Below are positions 1-12,781 of a stretch of 64,000 nt of DNA, in pieces; the first letter of the stretch is position 1; each line of letters starts with the position of its first letter. Position numbers and translations under genes: made by a program. The stretch covers positions 19,348,848 through 19,412,847 of the forward strand of contig CM120643.1 of NCBI GenBank assembly GCA_051362555.1. The letters are read 5' to 3'. Under the pieces are notes generated by a model, which did not search any database, was not told where the DNA came from, and worked only from the letters and a program-made list of their open reading frames with translations. The DNA comes from Lingula anatina. Taxonomy: Eukaryota; Animalia; Brachiopoda.

Positions 1-252
1 GGAAGATATTTCCGGCCTTTTACCTTCAAGCTTCTCAGTACATTTGGTCGATAAAAAAAAAGGAGTTTCTCAAAGTGTCATAAGATCCAACCCTTCAGCA
101 TGGCAAATTGAGCCAGCCGCTCACTTGATGTCACTTTAACCTTCAACAGAAATACTGTTATTTCCTTTTTAAACCCCCGAGGAAACTGCCCAGACTGAGG
201 TTCTTAATAAGAACTTTTAATATGTGACTGCTATATGTTTTCCTCCCTCCAG

Positions 253-2323
253 GAAGCTGTCCAGACCAAGAGTCTTGACGAGAGCTACCACACAGCCCCT
301 GAGGATGTGCAAGACACAAAGGATAAGGAAGAGTGAGTTCTATATTGAAATAACATGCCATTGATCTCTCTTAAACTACTAGTAGTCTTAAATACATGCC
401 ATAGAAAATAAATGTATTATTTTTGCAGTAGTCTTTGGTATCTCTAAACCTTATCTGAATACACAGTGTAGAAAATAAATTCACAATTTCTCCAGTTGTC
501 TTTTGTGTTGAATATATATTGATCTTTCCTAACTTGGAAACACTTAAGAATGTTCATCAGATCCTCACCTTATTTCATTTTATTTTTCTTTCAAATATAA
601 TTCTACTGAGACCATATTCAATTTGTCACTTATGAGTATTATCCTATAAAAATATCTGAGTCTACTATTTCAGTCACGGCTTCATTAGTTAGTCAGTATT
701 GATAATCTGTGTTATATTATCAGACCTCCGCCAGCAGCAGTTGCCAAGGAAGTAGAAACTGTTACCAAGGAAACAGAAGCCAAGCATGGCAACCAGGAAA
801 TCAAGATAACACCAAGTGAAGGTGACAAACCAGTGAAAACTGACACTAATACTGAGGAAGTTGCCATGGAAACTGAAACTAGTGAAAAGGTAGTGTTACA
901 GAGAGATGGTTGTTCACCAATCAATGTGCATGTCTGGGATTTTTTCGTAAAGGTTTTATCAGCTCTGCATTTATATTATTATGTATATAATTTCCAGTCA
1001 TTAAGTGTTAAAAAGTCACCCAGGCAGCAGTGAATATTTGTAAAAATTACTCTGGTAGTTATTTTAAGGAAAAAAAGAAATTACATCTTAAAATATTGTG
1101 ATAGAGATAAGAGTTGATCCTTCCTCCCTGCCTTGAAGATCCCTGGAGACATCACAGAAGAATAGGTGGAGCCACCCTCTGGCTAACTCTAGCCAATCCC
1201 ATGCCCCAAAAAGTGCCCCGCCCAGTGAAAACAACAGCAAAACCTGAGAGAAGAATGCAGCTCTGATATCATAGAAAACTGAACAGACTTTCTTAATATC
1301 TTTAAGATGTCAAGACTTCATCAATAAGACTGTTTGATATGACCTAAGAAGACATGGAATGGACTTTGTTTGCTCTATTTTGACTATTCCACCAAATGCA
1401 AGAACATTGGATTCCTTTCTTGAGAACTATTCGTCATCTATGCTGCAACGAGAAAAAAAATGGGAACGGTATCGTACGAGAAAAATGAAACAGACATTGG
1501 AAAACTTTCTGGTTATGGATGTATTCATCAAGTTCTTTGCGCTAATTACCTGAAGTTCTACCACAAACAGAAATGCTGCAAGTTTTATATTGAAGATGAA
1601 AAAACTGCTGAGAGTCTCAAATAAGAGGAAAGAGTCCACATTAGGGATGCCAGCTTTGATAGCTACAGACTCTTATTCATGTCTTGAATGCCAGCAGCCA
1701 GTAATATGCTACTTATTGAACTGATAGGACAGTGCTAACAGACAGTCCTGTTTAAGTGTGAACTCTGTTGATTTGACATAATATTGCTGGACATGAATCA
1801 CTATGTCTAAGCAGACACTTAAGATGCACATATCATTGAGATTATGTCATCTTTGAAAGTCTTATTTATAAGTGAGTGAAGAAACGACAGTTAAACCTAA
1901 TATTAAAGTCTTGCTTATAAATAAGTGAAGAAAAGAAAAGAAAAGACTAAATACATGTGTCTGGTTTTACTTTGAGTTTTGGTAAACCATGACAAAGCTT
2001 AAGACTCAAGTCTTCCTTTTAAAGGAAGTGAAGACCATGAACACTCATTCATACAATCATGCCGCTGTGGAATATAGTGAACATTGTTATCTTCACTTAC
2101 CCATGACACAAACATGGGTGTAACAAGACTGTCAGTCAAAACCGACTTGGAGAAAATTCTACCAGAAAAAGAGCATCGAATGCTGACACGAAATTTACAG
2201 ATCGAAAGAAAGAAAGAACAAAGTCGATAGAGAGCTGATGTTTCCTGCCCCTCCCCCCAACCCTTTCTGACTCACATGGACAATAAATTTGGGCTGTACC
2301 AGAGCAGAGGCAGGAGTTGAGAC

Positions 2324-2357
<34 letters not shown>

Positions 2358-5300
2358 TCACTGAGAAGAAAGTTCCGGTACCAATGCTTTTGATTAACGT
2401 TGTTTTATTTTCCTTCAGCTTTCAGATCAGCAAACAAAGAGCAAGGTTGGTGGCTGCTTCCTGGGTTTGAGCTGCCTTGTGCTTTCACATGCTCATAATT
2501 CACTGAAAACTGAATTGATTTCTAGGTGACGAAGATAGTTGAACAGTTGACCAAGAATTCCAGAGATGTAGATATGACGTTGATGAGGAAATCATAATTT
2601 GCACATGTTGCCACAGCACTTCAGTGACATTTTCAAATAATCACAAAAGCTTTATGAAAAAAAGTTTTATTAAATGGGAAAGTAAAGAACTGACTGGAAA
2701 TTGTTTTTGAAAGTAATAGGATAAAGTTATTGTAAAAAAGGATGCATTGGTCTTAATTTTGACCTGTAAAAATCAACAAAGCACACACTAAATAATGTTT
2801 CAAACAGTTGTGGCTAACTTGATACTGCAAAAGAAATATACACATAGATTGTACTGATATTTTTGGACCTCTGCAATAATTCAACTCCTTATCCAACACA
2901 TTTCATAATAAGTGAGCACCAGATACAGATAGATATAGATAAAGATGTCTTGTTGACTCAAAGGGGCCAGTACCTTCCAATATATGACCCTTTCACAACA
3001 TTGAGCATGTGTTTTAGGAGGCTCCAGTGAAGAGGTCCTCACCTAGAAAAATACAAACCAGAAAGTCCCAGGAAACACCAGAAAAACAGACGGCCCCTAC
3101 CAAATCTAAAAAAGCAGAGACCCCCAAGGAGGATGAACCTCCGGCAGAGAAGGGAGTACCTCCTGGTGAAAAGGAAGAACCCCCTGCGAAGAAGGAAGTA
3201 CCCCCAGCAGAGAAGGAAGCAACCCCTGCCGAGAAAGAAGGGACCCCTGCCGAGGCAAAGCAACCCCCTGCAAAGATTCAAACCAGAAAGATATCTTTAA
3301 CCTGTAAGTTAGTTTTGGGGAAATAGTTAGTGAAAAATGAAATTGGGATGTACAGCAATAATGAATGAAATGATTGGATAAATTGACTGATGATTAAATA
3401 GCATTGTTGAGAAATTAAAAAAAAGTTTTTTGGCAAAAGTTTTCTGTGGTGACACTTTGTCTTAATATCATCAATGTTTTAAACCACTTCAGGACTTAAA
3501 AATAAATCAAAAGATCAACAGATTTCTTTAAGTACAGTTAGGTATTTTTAATGTGTGCATTTAGTTGAACATTTAATAAATACTTCATAGCTAAAAACAA
3601 GGAGAACCATGACAGCTCAGAGAAGTCGCCGGGAGCGGCAGAGGAAAAACCAGTGAAGAAGCGTAGATGGGGGACCACTGCTAAGGCCAACAAGAAGGGA
3701 GCTGGGAGGAGCATCAGTCTCACCACAGAGTCCCTAAAGGTGAGTCTGCCGACTGGGGTTAAAATGTTCCACCTCAATGGACTATGGATTTTACTACCAT
3801 CACTCTAATCTGCATACATATTAACAATTATGTCTCGTCATCATTTTTCGTTGTCTTAAATTTTTGTTTCTTTTCAGGTGCTTCAGTTATTGATAAATAA
3901 TCTAACCAAATGACTACAATAAATTATTAGTATAATATAGAATAAATATAATAACATGGATCTCTGGTCTTTATCTAAATAAGGCTCATATTGTATATAT
4001 TACCTCCAAGACTCCCATGTCTAAGTTGCTTCATCAAGGTTAACAATATCATTTCTACTTCTTAGTGATAAAAAAATTACTACTTTATTCTAAATGCATA
4101 ACACTTCTGATGTCATTCATTTCTGGTTTAGTCCTGTTTTACCAGCACCTCCCCTTTTCCTTCCAGAACCTAATCCCTGCTGAGGTGAAGTCCATCCCTG
4201 TGGACAATGTCCTGGATGTGGACGCTGGACAGATCTCTGACCAGGACGACGACAAGAGAGATGTCCAGATTAAGAGAACTATTACACAGGTGAGTGTTCA
4301 GATTAAGAGAACTATTACATAGATGAGTTTTCGGATAAAAGTGTTGTGCAAGTGAGTTTTCAGATGAAGTCAGGTATTCAGAATGTCAAGTAAAAGAAAA
4401 TATACAATCTTTTTATCTTTCCAAAGTCTCTTAGCATTAACTGGTATGTCATTTTCAGTACCATATTGCTAAAATCACCCACCTTGCCCAGTGTTAATGA
4501 TTCTAAATAGAATCTGTACCTGCATGATATTCACTCAAAGAGGAGTTGTTTAAAGCACAACTAAAGCAATCATTCATCTAACTGAGAACCATGGGCATGG
4601 TTCAGGTATATTTACCATACACTGGCAATTGAAAAGGTGTTTCATCAGTTGAATATGGTGTCCTGAAATTAATTTTTCCCTTAATACAAAATCATATCTA
4701 CTGGAGGTAAATTTTTATGTGGATGCATGTTACCTTAAAAAAGTAGGAGAAAATATGTATGTTATATATCATCAGCAATTTATAAGTCAGCAGAAAAAAA
4801 TGCAGTTATTAATTGCTTTGTGTGCTGTGATCTGTTCACAGGTTGTTGGTGAAGATGGAGACAACAACAACAAAAGTGATGTGGAAATGGAAGATGATAG
4901 TAATAGAGACAACAAGGGAGAGGAGTCCGAGGAAGACAGAAAACCCCAACCTCAGCAAGGCGAGGACAGCAGGGATAGCCAGCCACAGGAAACCAAGGAA
5001 GACACAAAAATTGTCATCCGTCGAGCTAGCCGGCAAACCTCAGTCACCACTCCAGCGCCAGACGCCCCGGAGGCAGCGAGAAGGACACCGTCACCGCCGC
5101 GCCACCCTGTCAGTAAGATCGTCCATGTGACAGGCCTGGTGCGGCCATATACGCTGGGACAGTTAAAGACGTTACTGGGCCAGACTGGAACACTGGTGGA
5201 GGATGGGTTCTGGATAGATAACATCAAGTCCCACTGCTTTGCCACTGTAAGTGTTCAGAAAGAAACAATTGGAGTTTTCTTGTCAAATTGGCAGCATCAT

Positions 5301-8300
5301 GTTTGTTTTAAGATGACAAGAAAACTTAGGTTAGAAGTGCCACTAATTTTTTTTTTTTCTGAAGAAGTGCCTCCTTTGTGTGACTGCGGAAATAGCGCAT
5401 TTAATTGGCTTATTAAGGTATTATCAAGAATTCGACATCCGCTGATTAATAAGGCTGGTAGCTGTCAAAGACAATTAGCTCAGCAATTCTCCCTTATTAG
5501 GCAAGTGCATGACTTGGAGCAATTTGAAAGAATAGTTGATTGCAGCACGAATCTGACATCCTGTGTCAAGTTCGTTAAGATAAATCTAGTAATCCACAAT
5601 GTGTGGGTTTGAAAATTTGACACAACCTCACAATAACACAGCATACATAATGAGACGCATAACAGGATGCCTTTACCAGTGATTGGCTCCACCTGTTAAT
5701 TTACCTGTCCACGAACAATTTACAAACAAGAAGACCCCTTTCCCTATGTAATCAGTTCCAATTTAGTATTATTCTGCTCTACTGAACTTTTGGCCCCATA
5801 GTTCCCAGGTGTTATTACATGTACATGTATTACCTCTACCTCAGAGGCAGTAGACAGTAAAATTTGCTGTTATCTAATATATATGTCAACGTAGTGAGCA
5901 GTTTAAGCACCCTCCAGACCAAACAATACAATTATCCCAATCTTGTTGTCATCTTTAGTATCTGGTATCAAAATGTAATTAGATCTGTTGGCTAAAGATT
6001 TGATTCAGGTCTACTGTTGTTTTGACCTCTACAGATTTAAAAAAACCCAAGTAATCTTGTCTCATGAATGAACTGGATATAAGAATTTTGTATTATCTTA
6101 GTGCCCAAGAGTCTTTGATTCGTAGCCCAATAGGTATAAATTGATTAAAAAATGTAGATTTAAAAACTTTCTGCCCTCTTTGTGCCTTTTAAAGAGTATC
6201 ACTGTAATTTTTAAAGAGAATTAATGTTATTTTTAGTTTAAGTATAATTTAGGTAATTGTTTCATTTTTTTTTTTTTTTAATTTTCAGTTTGAAACAGAA
6301 GAACAGGCTAAGGAGACAAGGCAAGCATTACATGGAACAAGATGGCCTCTGTCCAACCCAAAAATTTTACGTGTGGATTTCGCAACAGAGGATGAGGTAT
6401 GTTAAATATTTAGCAAATGTAGGATCTTGATTCAGTTTGTCTTTGTTTTAATCTCAGTGTTGGTATTTGCATGAAAAAAAAAACATTTTCGAAGAAGTTA
6501 TGGTATGAGTTTTAACTGGATCTAAATGAGGATTCTGCCATTTGTTGTGTGAAAGGAAAAATTTAAGACTTTTGAAATAGACCTCAAGCAGCATGTGTTT
6601 TAAGGTGCATGCTAACTACCCTGACATTCAGGTTGTATTTACACAGGTGGGGGCAAGGTGCACCGTTGATGATTTCATTCTGGATGTTGTGGTTCAAAAA
6701 GTTTGCTTGGTATTTGCTATGAAAACAAAGAAAGGGTGTATTACGTAAAATGTTATGGGGATAATGAGGATTTGGCTTATTTTTTGACTCGGAGTTTTTG
6801 TATCAAAAAGAGTAAAGATGGGTTGAATGGAGCTCAGTACCACATTTGACAGATGTAGGATAAATGAAAATCATTGTTTGATGAACAATGAATAACACCA
6901 ATTTTTTTATAATGAACATCAACAAAACTAACAGTTTCAGATGTGTAATTCTTTACCTTTCCTTGGAGTTCTTCCTTTCTGCAATATGATCTTCTCCAGT
7001 CTAAAAATTACAGCATGTCTTTGACTTAAAAAAAGATGTTTAGTGTGTGGAGTTTTAATATTGTGAGGGAAAGCAGTGTCAGGTGTTGTATGATATATAA
7101 GTTGAAATATAATTTCTTGCAGCTTAGCTTCCACAAGGACGGTGCCCAAAAACCTAAAGACATCAAAAGAGAAATAAAACAAGATGTCACAAAGCCTAAG
7201 GATAGGGGAACGGAACGAGATCGTGAACGAGATCGTGGCCGTGAGCGCAAGAAGTCTGAGGCAGATAGAGAGAAGGAGAGGGAAGCACGCAGGAAGGAAC
7301 ATGTGCGTGAGTGGGACCGTGATAAGCTGAAACAGAAATCTAGGTCAAGGTCAAAATCAAGGGAAAGGTCAGCAGAGAGGGAAAGAAGAAGGGAAGAAAG
7401 AAGAAAAGGTACATGTATGTTGTGAAAGTGTCACTTCCTATAACCACGAGGCATCCTTCTGAAAGCATTTTAGAAAGGTTTGAAATAAAAAATTGAGGTG
7501 GTATCCTTTTTGTTAGTTTGACTATGTTTTGTATTTGTTATCAATTTGGCTGTGTAATTAACCATATAAAATTTCTCCATTATAATAAAGTTAACGCATA
7601 AGTAATATTTTGAATTTATTGCTTATTGGCAAAAAAGATTAATTTTGTTTAGAGAGAAAATAGTCACTTCACTGATTCAGAAGAAAACACAATTGTACAA
7701 TGTCTGTAATTTTTTGAAGAAGAATACTGTCCTATTTTCAGAGCGAGCTGAGAGAGAGAAGAAAGAAGAGGAGGAGCCAGCCAAGATGTTGGATGATTTA
7801 TTCCGTAAAACCAAAGCAACGCCCTGCATCTACTGGCTACCACTGACAGAGGAACAGGTGACTGAAAGTTTGAGTGTTTCTCATTAAATAGTTTTACTTT
7901 ATTTAGCTTAATATATATTTGGTGGTGGAACTCTTTGGAGAAAAGAGTACGTGTGTGAGTGAGTGGGGTGAAGATCCGCCGACACAATTCTAGGTCAAGG
8001 TCGATGGAAAGGTAACCAGAGAGGAACACAGGCATAGGGGATAATTTGAGGTGCATTGACTGTGATTGAAAGGGGTGTACATTGCAAATTTTGGACATGT
8101 AGATAAGTGGGAAGATGAAGATCATCTTCTGCAAGACCGAATATTCTCAGTAGACTCTACTTTGAAAGTTAATGATTTGGCTGCATATGTTCTTGGTGGA
8201 AGACTGTCAGCTTGGAGTGGTGATTCTGCTCCTGGCTGACATGTTTTGGACTGCAACTGAATTTAGCCTCAGTGTCTGAACACGCGTAAAAGTGGCTCCC

Positions 8301-8794
8301 TCTACATTTCTGACATCTTGTCTGTTTTTTCTGTAAACTGTTTCCTCTTTTCTAAGGGTGTCAGTCTCAGACTAAGGGGTTGAGCCGTGCTAATGAATTC
8401 TAATCCTTGAACATGTCCATTTTGCAGATCAAGCAAAAGGAACAAGACAGAGAAAAGCGGCGCATTGAGCGTGAAAAGAGACGTAAAGAAATGGAAGCGG
8501 AGGAAGAGAATAATCGTAAGGAGAAAGAAAAGGAGAGAGAGAAGGAGAGGCAGAAAGAACGCAGTGACAGAACCAAGAAGGAGGTTAGTATTGTAATATA
8601 ATATAATATAATATAATATAATATAATACATTACATTATGTTCACCACATTGGAAGAAGTCACAAACAAAATATTTAATGTTTATTGTACTGAAATGGAG
8701 ACGGATGCAAAACAATGATATCAATTTTTATATCCAGGAGCGACGTTCTCGCAGCACCAGCAGGCCAAGGTCAGCCAGAGACCGGAGGCGCTGA
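253..8794 (+). CDS. ACIN1: Acinus (apoptotic chromatin condensation inducer, ASAP/EJC-associated splicing factor), 5'-partial, multi-exon
   Basis: Phase-consistent GT-AG exons at 253-332, 724-889, 3018-3303, 3591-3739, 4167-4289, 4842-5246, 6289-6396, 7123-7408, 7742-7857, 8428-8583, 8738-8794 (TGA). They encode the KKRRWG...[10 protein letters not shown] motif, an RRM ([20 protein letters not shown]...[34 protein letters not shown]), the RSB motif [23 protein letters not shown] and an RE/RS-rich tail. The N-terminus lies upstream of the window. Confidence 0.95.
3134..3272 (+). repeat. Coding 21-bp tandem repeat (about 6 copies, PPAEKEx heptads) within an Acinus exon
   Basis: Translation [47 protein letters not shown]. 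Confidence 0.85.
4266..4366 (+). repeat. Degenerate ~33-bp tandem repeat spanning an Acinus exon/intron donor
   Basis: cagattaagagaactattacacaggtgagtgtt, then cagattaagagaactattacatagatgagtttt, then a more diverged third copy. Confidence 0.8.
8594..8627. repeat. (TAATA)n microsatellite
   Basis: Direct inspection. Confidence 0.9.
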
Positions 8795-10336
8795 GTCTGA
8801 AGTTGGAGGGATGGGTGGGGTGGGGGGGTCACCGTGGCCTGCAGTCACCCCTCCTTGTCCCTAAGGTCTGGTGTGTCGTCTGCTGAGAAAAGCACAGTCC
8901 TCTAATACATGGAGACTGACTTGGTTCCTTGGTGAGAGACTTCCTCTTCATCCAGGCCTTAGATGCCATGTGGAATGATGATATCAAATCCAATAGTGCT
9001 GTTTTGTTATTTCTTGGAAGTTATTTTAACAGTGACTTTTAAGTTGAAAGTGTCTCTAGTAATTTAATTTTGTATTGCCTTGATGGCATAAATTTTATGT
9101 ATATTAAGATCATTTCTTAGTTAATGTTTAGAAAATCAAGTTGGTGTAGTAAACTTATGATCGTAGTCACAGTGGTAGTGGACCCTTTTATATGTAAGAT
9201 GTATTCAGTTAAAAAAAGAAGCTTTTAATATATGTGAATCCTATGGAAGCAACATGTTGTTGTCTGTCATACTGCAGTGTTTGACTCTATAAAATGTATT
9301 TTTTACTACAGGCAAATTAAAGGAAAAGTTGTTTTATAATGTTGTAATTTCAGACAGAAGCCAGTAATGTAAATAACTAGCACGTGTTCATGGCAGTCAT
9401 ACTTGTAGCTTACATGTGGCAATGTTGCAATTCTTCCTCAGTGCTGGTCAGCAAGTTTTTGTTTTATATCTTTGAATTTTTTTAATAACAGTTGCAATGT
9501 AGGAATAGACCAAAGGAGAAAGAGAGAGTTGTGTGGATTATGAAAAAATTTAATTTTAGATACTGCACCAAGCTAGATATTAATTTCAGAGTAGAAGATA
9601 CACCGGCTGGTGTCATTTTTTCAGCTGGTGAAAAATGTATCTGTGAAAACATCAGTTATTTTATTCTTACTGGTATCATTGTCATACACACAAAAAGAGG
9701 GTCACACTGTATTCCCCGAGGCAGGGCAAGTTCACATCCAAGCACAAGATTTTTTTGGTATTCTCTTTTTTTTTTCGTCTTCTTTCATGATGTTTCAGAT
9801 TATTGTTGCAATTTTTGCACCATGTTTTCTCAAAATCCAAATTTGATGAAATGGGGAGAGGGGTCATACATTGAAAGATTCTATGTGGTTTGTTGAAATT
9901 ACTTTCTTTGTACATACACTGTTAGGTGAATAAATGCTATTAGATAAACAGTCTGTTTTACTGTTGTTTCTCTTTATTTTGCAAGTTTTGGGAAATGACA
10001 TTAATTTTATGCATGGTTATTGTGGGGGCAATACTATTTGAGTGCATTCATTCACAGGATTAAGATGTGCTGATTTTATTTTATTATTTCTCCTGCAAAA
10101 CTAAGAACTAAATATCGGTGTGAGGAAACTGAGGGTGTGAGTAACAGAGAATCCGCCCTCCATAAGGTCCGTACAGGGTAGGTAAGCGTGACGTAAATGG
10201 GTCAAATCTAGACCGGGCTCTCCAGTACAAATCGATAAGGAACGGGCCCTCTCTTGGGAGTCTGGTACTTGACACCGGTGTGACAGAATGGACGTCCCAT
10301 ATGATTTTAGTACAGGTTAGGGTTGGGAAGGGTGGA

Positions 10337-10483
10337 GGGGTCGTAGCAATAGTCCGAAGGTTCATTTGTCCGAATGCTCACTATAGAACCTTCGGACCAA
10401 TGAACCCTTGATTAAAAAAAAAGAACGATGAAAACTTTACTATTTTTCGGACCAATGAACCTTCGGACTATCGAGACGCCCCC
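10337..10483. mobile_element. Short non-autonomous DNA-element remnant with inverted ends and internal ttcggaccaatgaacc subrepeats
   Basis: Left atagtccgaaggttcatttgtccgaa is the near reverse complement of right ttcggaccaatgaaccttcggactat; ends ggggtcg...gacgcccc. Confidence 0.6.
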
Positions 10484-11792
10484 AAGGTTGTATTTGGGGT
10501 TAGTATAAGGGACGAATGTCACCTGTACCAAAAGATGGGGACGGAGTACGGTTCCTAGCAGACTACCTTTCCTGTCACACCTGGGCTTACCTGTACAAAC
10601 CAATAGGGTCTGGACTCTACCATGGGGATCTCTGGTACGTGACCCACTCCACGTGTTTGTGGTTCATTTCAGATTAAAGCTATACTTTTCATTGAGTGTG
10701 GTCTTCCTTTACAGCAAGCGGATGTGGTTGAAGTTTGAGGGTTTAGCGATTACACAAAGGCCAAATACTAGAAACTCATTACCATATACCTAAAACTGAT
10801 ATCATCTAGACCTACATCATTTCTGCCGAAATTGAATAATTTCTGTTTTTCGGATAGTTGAGAATTTAGGAATATTGTATTTGATTCTACGGTAACTAAA
10901 AGCGTAAAATAAGCAGAATATGAAATAAATAGAATATGTGACAGAGATTGGACTTTTAACATGCATCTACTCGTTCAGTCATTGTTAGCATTTATTTTCA
11001 ATGGTAAGATGCCAGTAAATAGTTGAAGATCTTTTACTTAGTTCGTGTGCTGACTGATATAGAGAAATTCTTTCGGTCGGCACAAGTAGTTCCAACTTCT
11101 TGGTCGGCATAAGAGTCCAGATAAGGCGAAGTGATCTGTATGAACTCTGGCATATAACTGTGAGTGGAAAACGTGTAAAACATGATGAAATTATGTTTGC
11201 ACAGCTTCGTCTGTTATCAAACCTCGACCCCAGACGATTGCCCAGACCAGATCCGCTTATCGTCTCACCTGTATAGTATTACCTGTATAGGAGCAGGGTT
11301 AACCTCGTTTAAACGCACCCTGGCGACGGCTCTTGCAGGTTTAGGTTTAGATGACAAAATCGCCAGACGAAAAACTGATTTGCTCGTGTGTTAACTGCTC
11401 TCTTGGTGGCTTTTTGGGTTGATTCTGGGCTTCGTGATTTTATATATTATGGGTAGAATAATTTAACCATTTCAGCAATCCGAGCTAAAAATCTGCAGCT
11501 CGGGGCATGTTTTCTCTCCGCACTTTGGAAGGTTGTGGCTATCCTGTTCTGCCCAAATTATCTAAAAGACCACTCAATTTTAACACGAGAAGTTACAGAC
11601 ATGGTTCATTAAGCCTGCTAATTGTGCTGGCAATCCCACAGTACGTAAACCCTTGAATATTTCCATACGGATAAAACCAAGCGTGGCTTCACATCAGAGC
11701 CGTAAAAGGACCCGTGAACTCTTTACTCGGGGTTATCCATGAACTGGGCTAAGGTCACGAAAACTAGTTAGCTTGACTTTGTTATATCTCCA

Positions 11793-11807
11793 AGGTCACG
11801 TTGACCT
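11793..11807. promoter_or_regulatory. Perfect ERE-type nuclear-receptor palindrome AGGTCAnnnTGACCT
   Basis: ccAAGGTCAcgtTGACCTttg; another AAGGTCA ~40 bp upstream. Function not shown. Confidence 0.4.
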
Positions 11808-12750
11808 TTGAGGACTACTATTTCAAAATAGATAACAGCTTAATGGCCATAGAGAGATTTTTTATCATTTATTTATTGACATTTTTTCTAGAAAGAGCAT
11901 ATACCGGCACTAGTATAAATATATATATATATATATATATGACACGTCAAGGCATGTAGATGTTATTTATATAATATTTTAAAACTTCCTACTACAAACA
12001 GCGTAAAGGAGGTCTACAGCCCCATATATAAGGGTCACCTTCTCCCCGTTCCTGATTAACTCCTTATTTTCACCTTTTTTCTCCACTGACAACTGTTTCT
12101 TCATCGTAATCGGATGAATTTACGAGTTTTATACATATGGTTTAGCGATTACTATTGTATATAAAGGAAAGAATAATTGAAATCATTTACTTAATTTATA
12201 CCAAAAAATTGGATAAAGGGTATCAAAGCTGCTGTAACCAGAGTGGCTGGCACTCCAGTTCTTGATTTAAATAAGAGGTTTTAGAATCTACCAAAAGTCC
12301 CGCTCACCCATAATAATAGTAAAATAATAGAAACATGTATGTATGTACCCTCTACCAGGGCTGCAATTATTATTGTGGACATTTTTTGCTGAATCGACTG
12401 AGAGCCAAAATGACTGTCTACTTATCCATAGACATATCTGTGAATATCTGTGGAAAATCAATCTGTCGCCCTGGTAGAGGGTAGTATGTATGTATGGCAT
12501 TTTCTTTGTTCTAGCCTTTCTATTAAGATCACAAAAATGATATGAATGATAGTGAAAAATACACGATTCTAAAATAGTTTGGAAATATTTGCGCTTGTCC
12601 TTCTTTCTGCGTATGTACGTGCAAATAAGCAGCTGATATAAGGATCTGCAAAGTGGAAATTTAAAGGGGTTGGTTTTTTTTACCGGCTTTTTTACCGGCT
12701 TGTTGAACCTTATCTTGTACTGTTTTACCTCCACCAACTACTTTCATCTC

Positions 12751-12781
<31 letters not shown>

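Noticed and set aside
2321-2377. (GAT)n tract as an Asp-rich Acinus exon ending at CCG|gt
   Set aside because: An in-frame TGA immediately precedes it and there is no convincing acceptor; treated as a microsatellite.
4719-5612. 297-aa ORF as an independent gene
   Set aside because: It is Acinus exon 4842-5246 with read-through into flanking introns.
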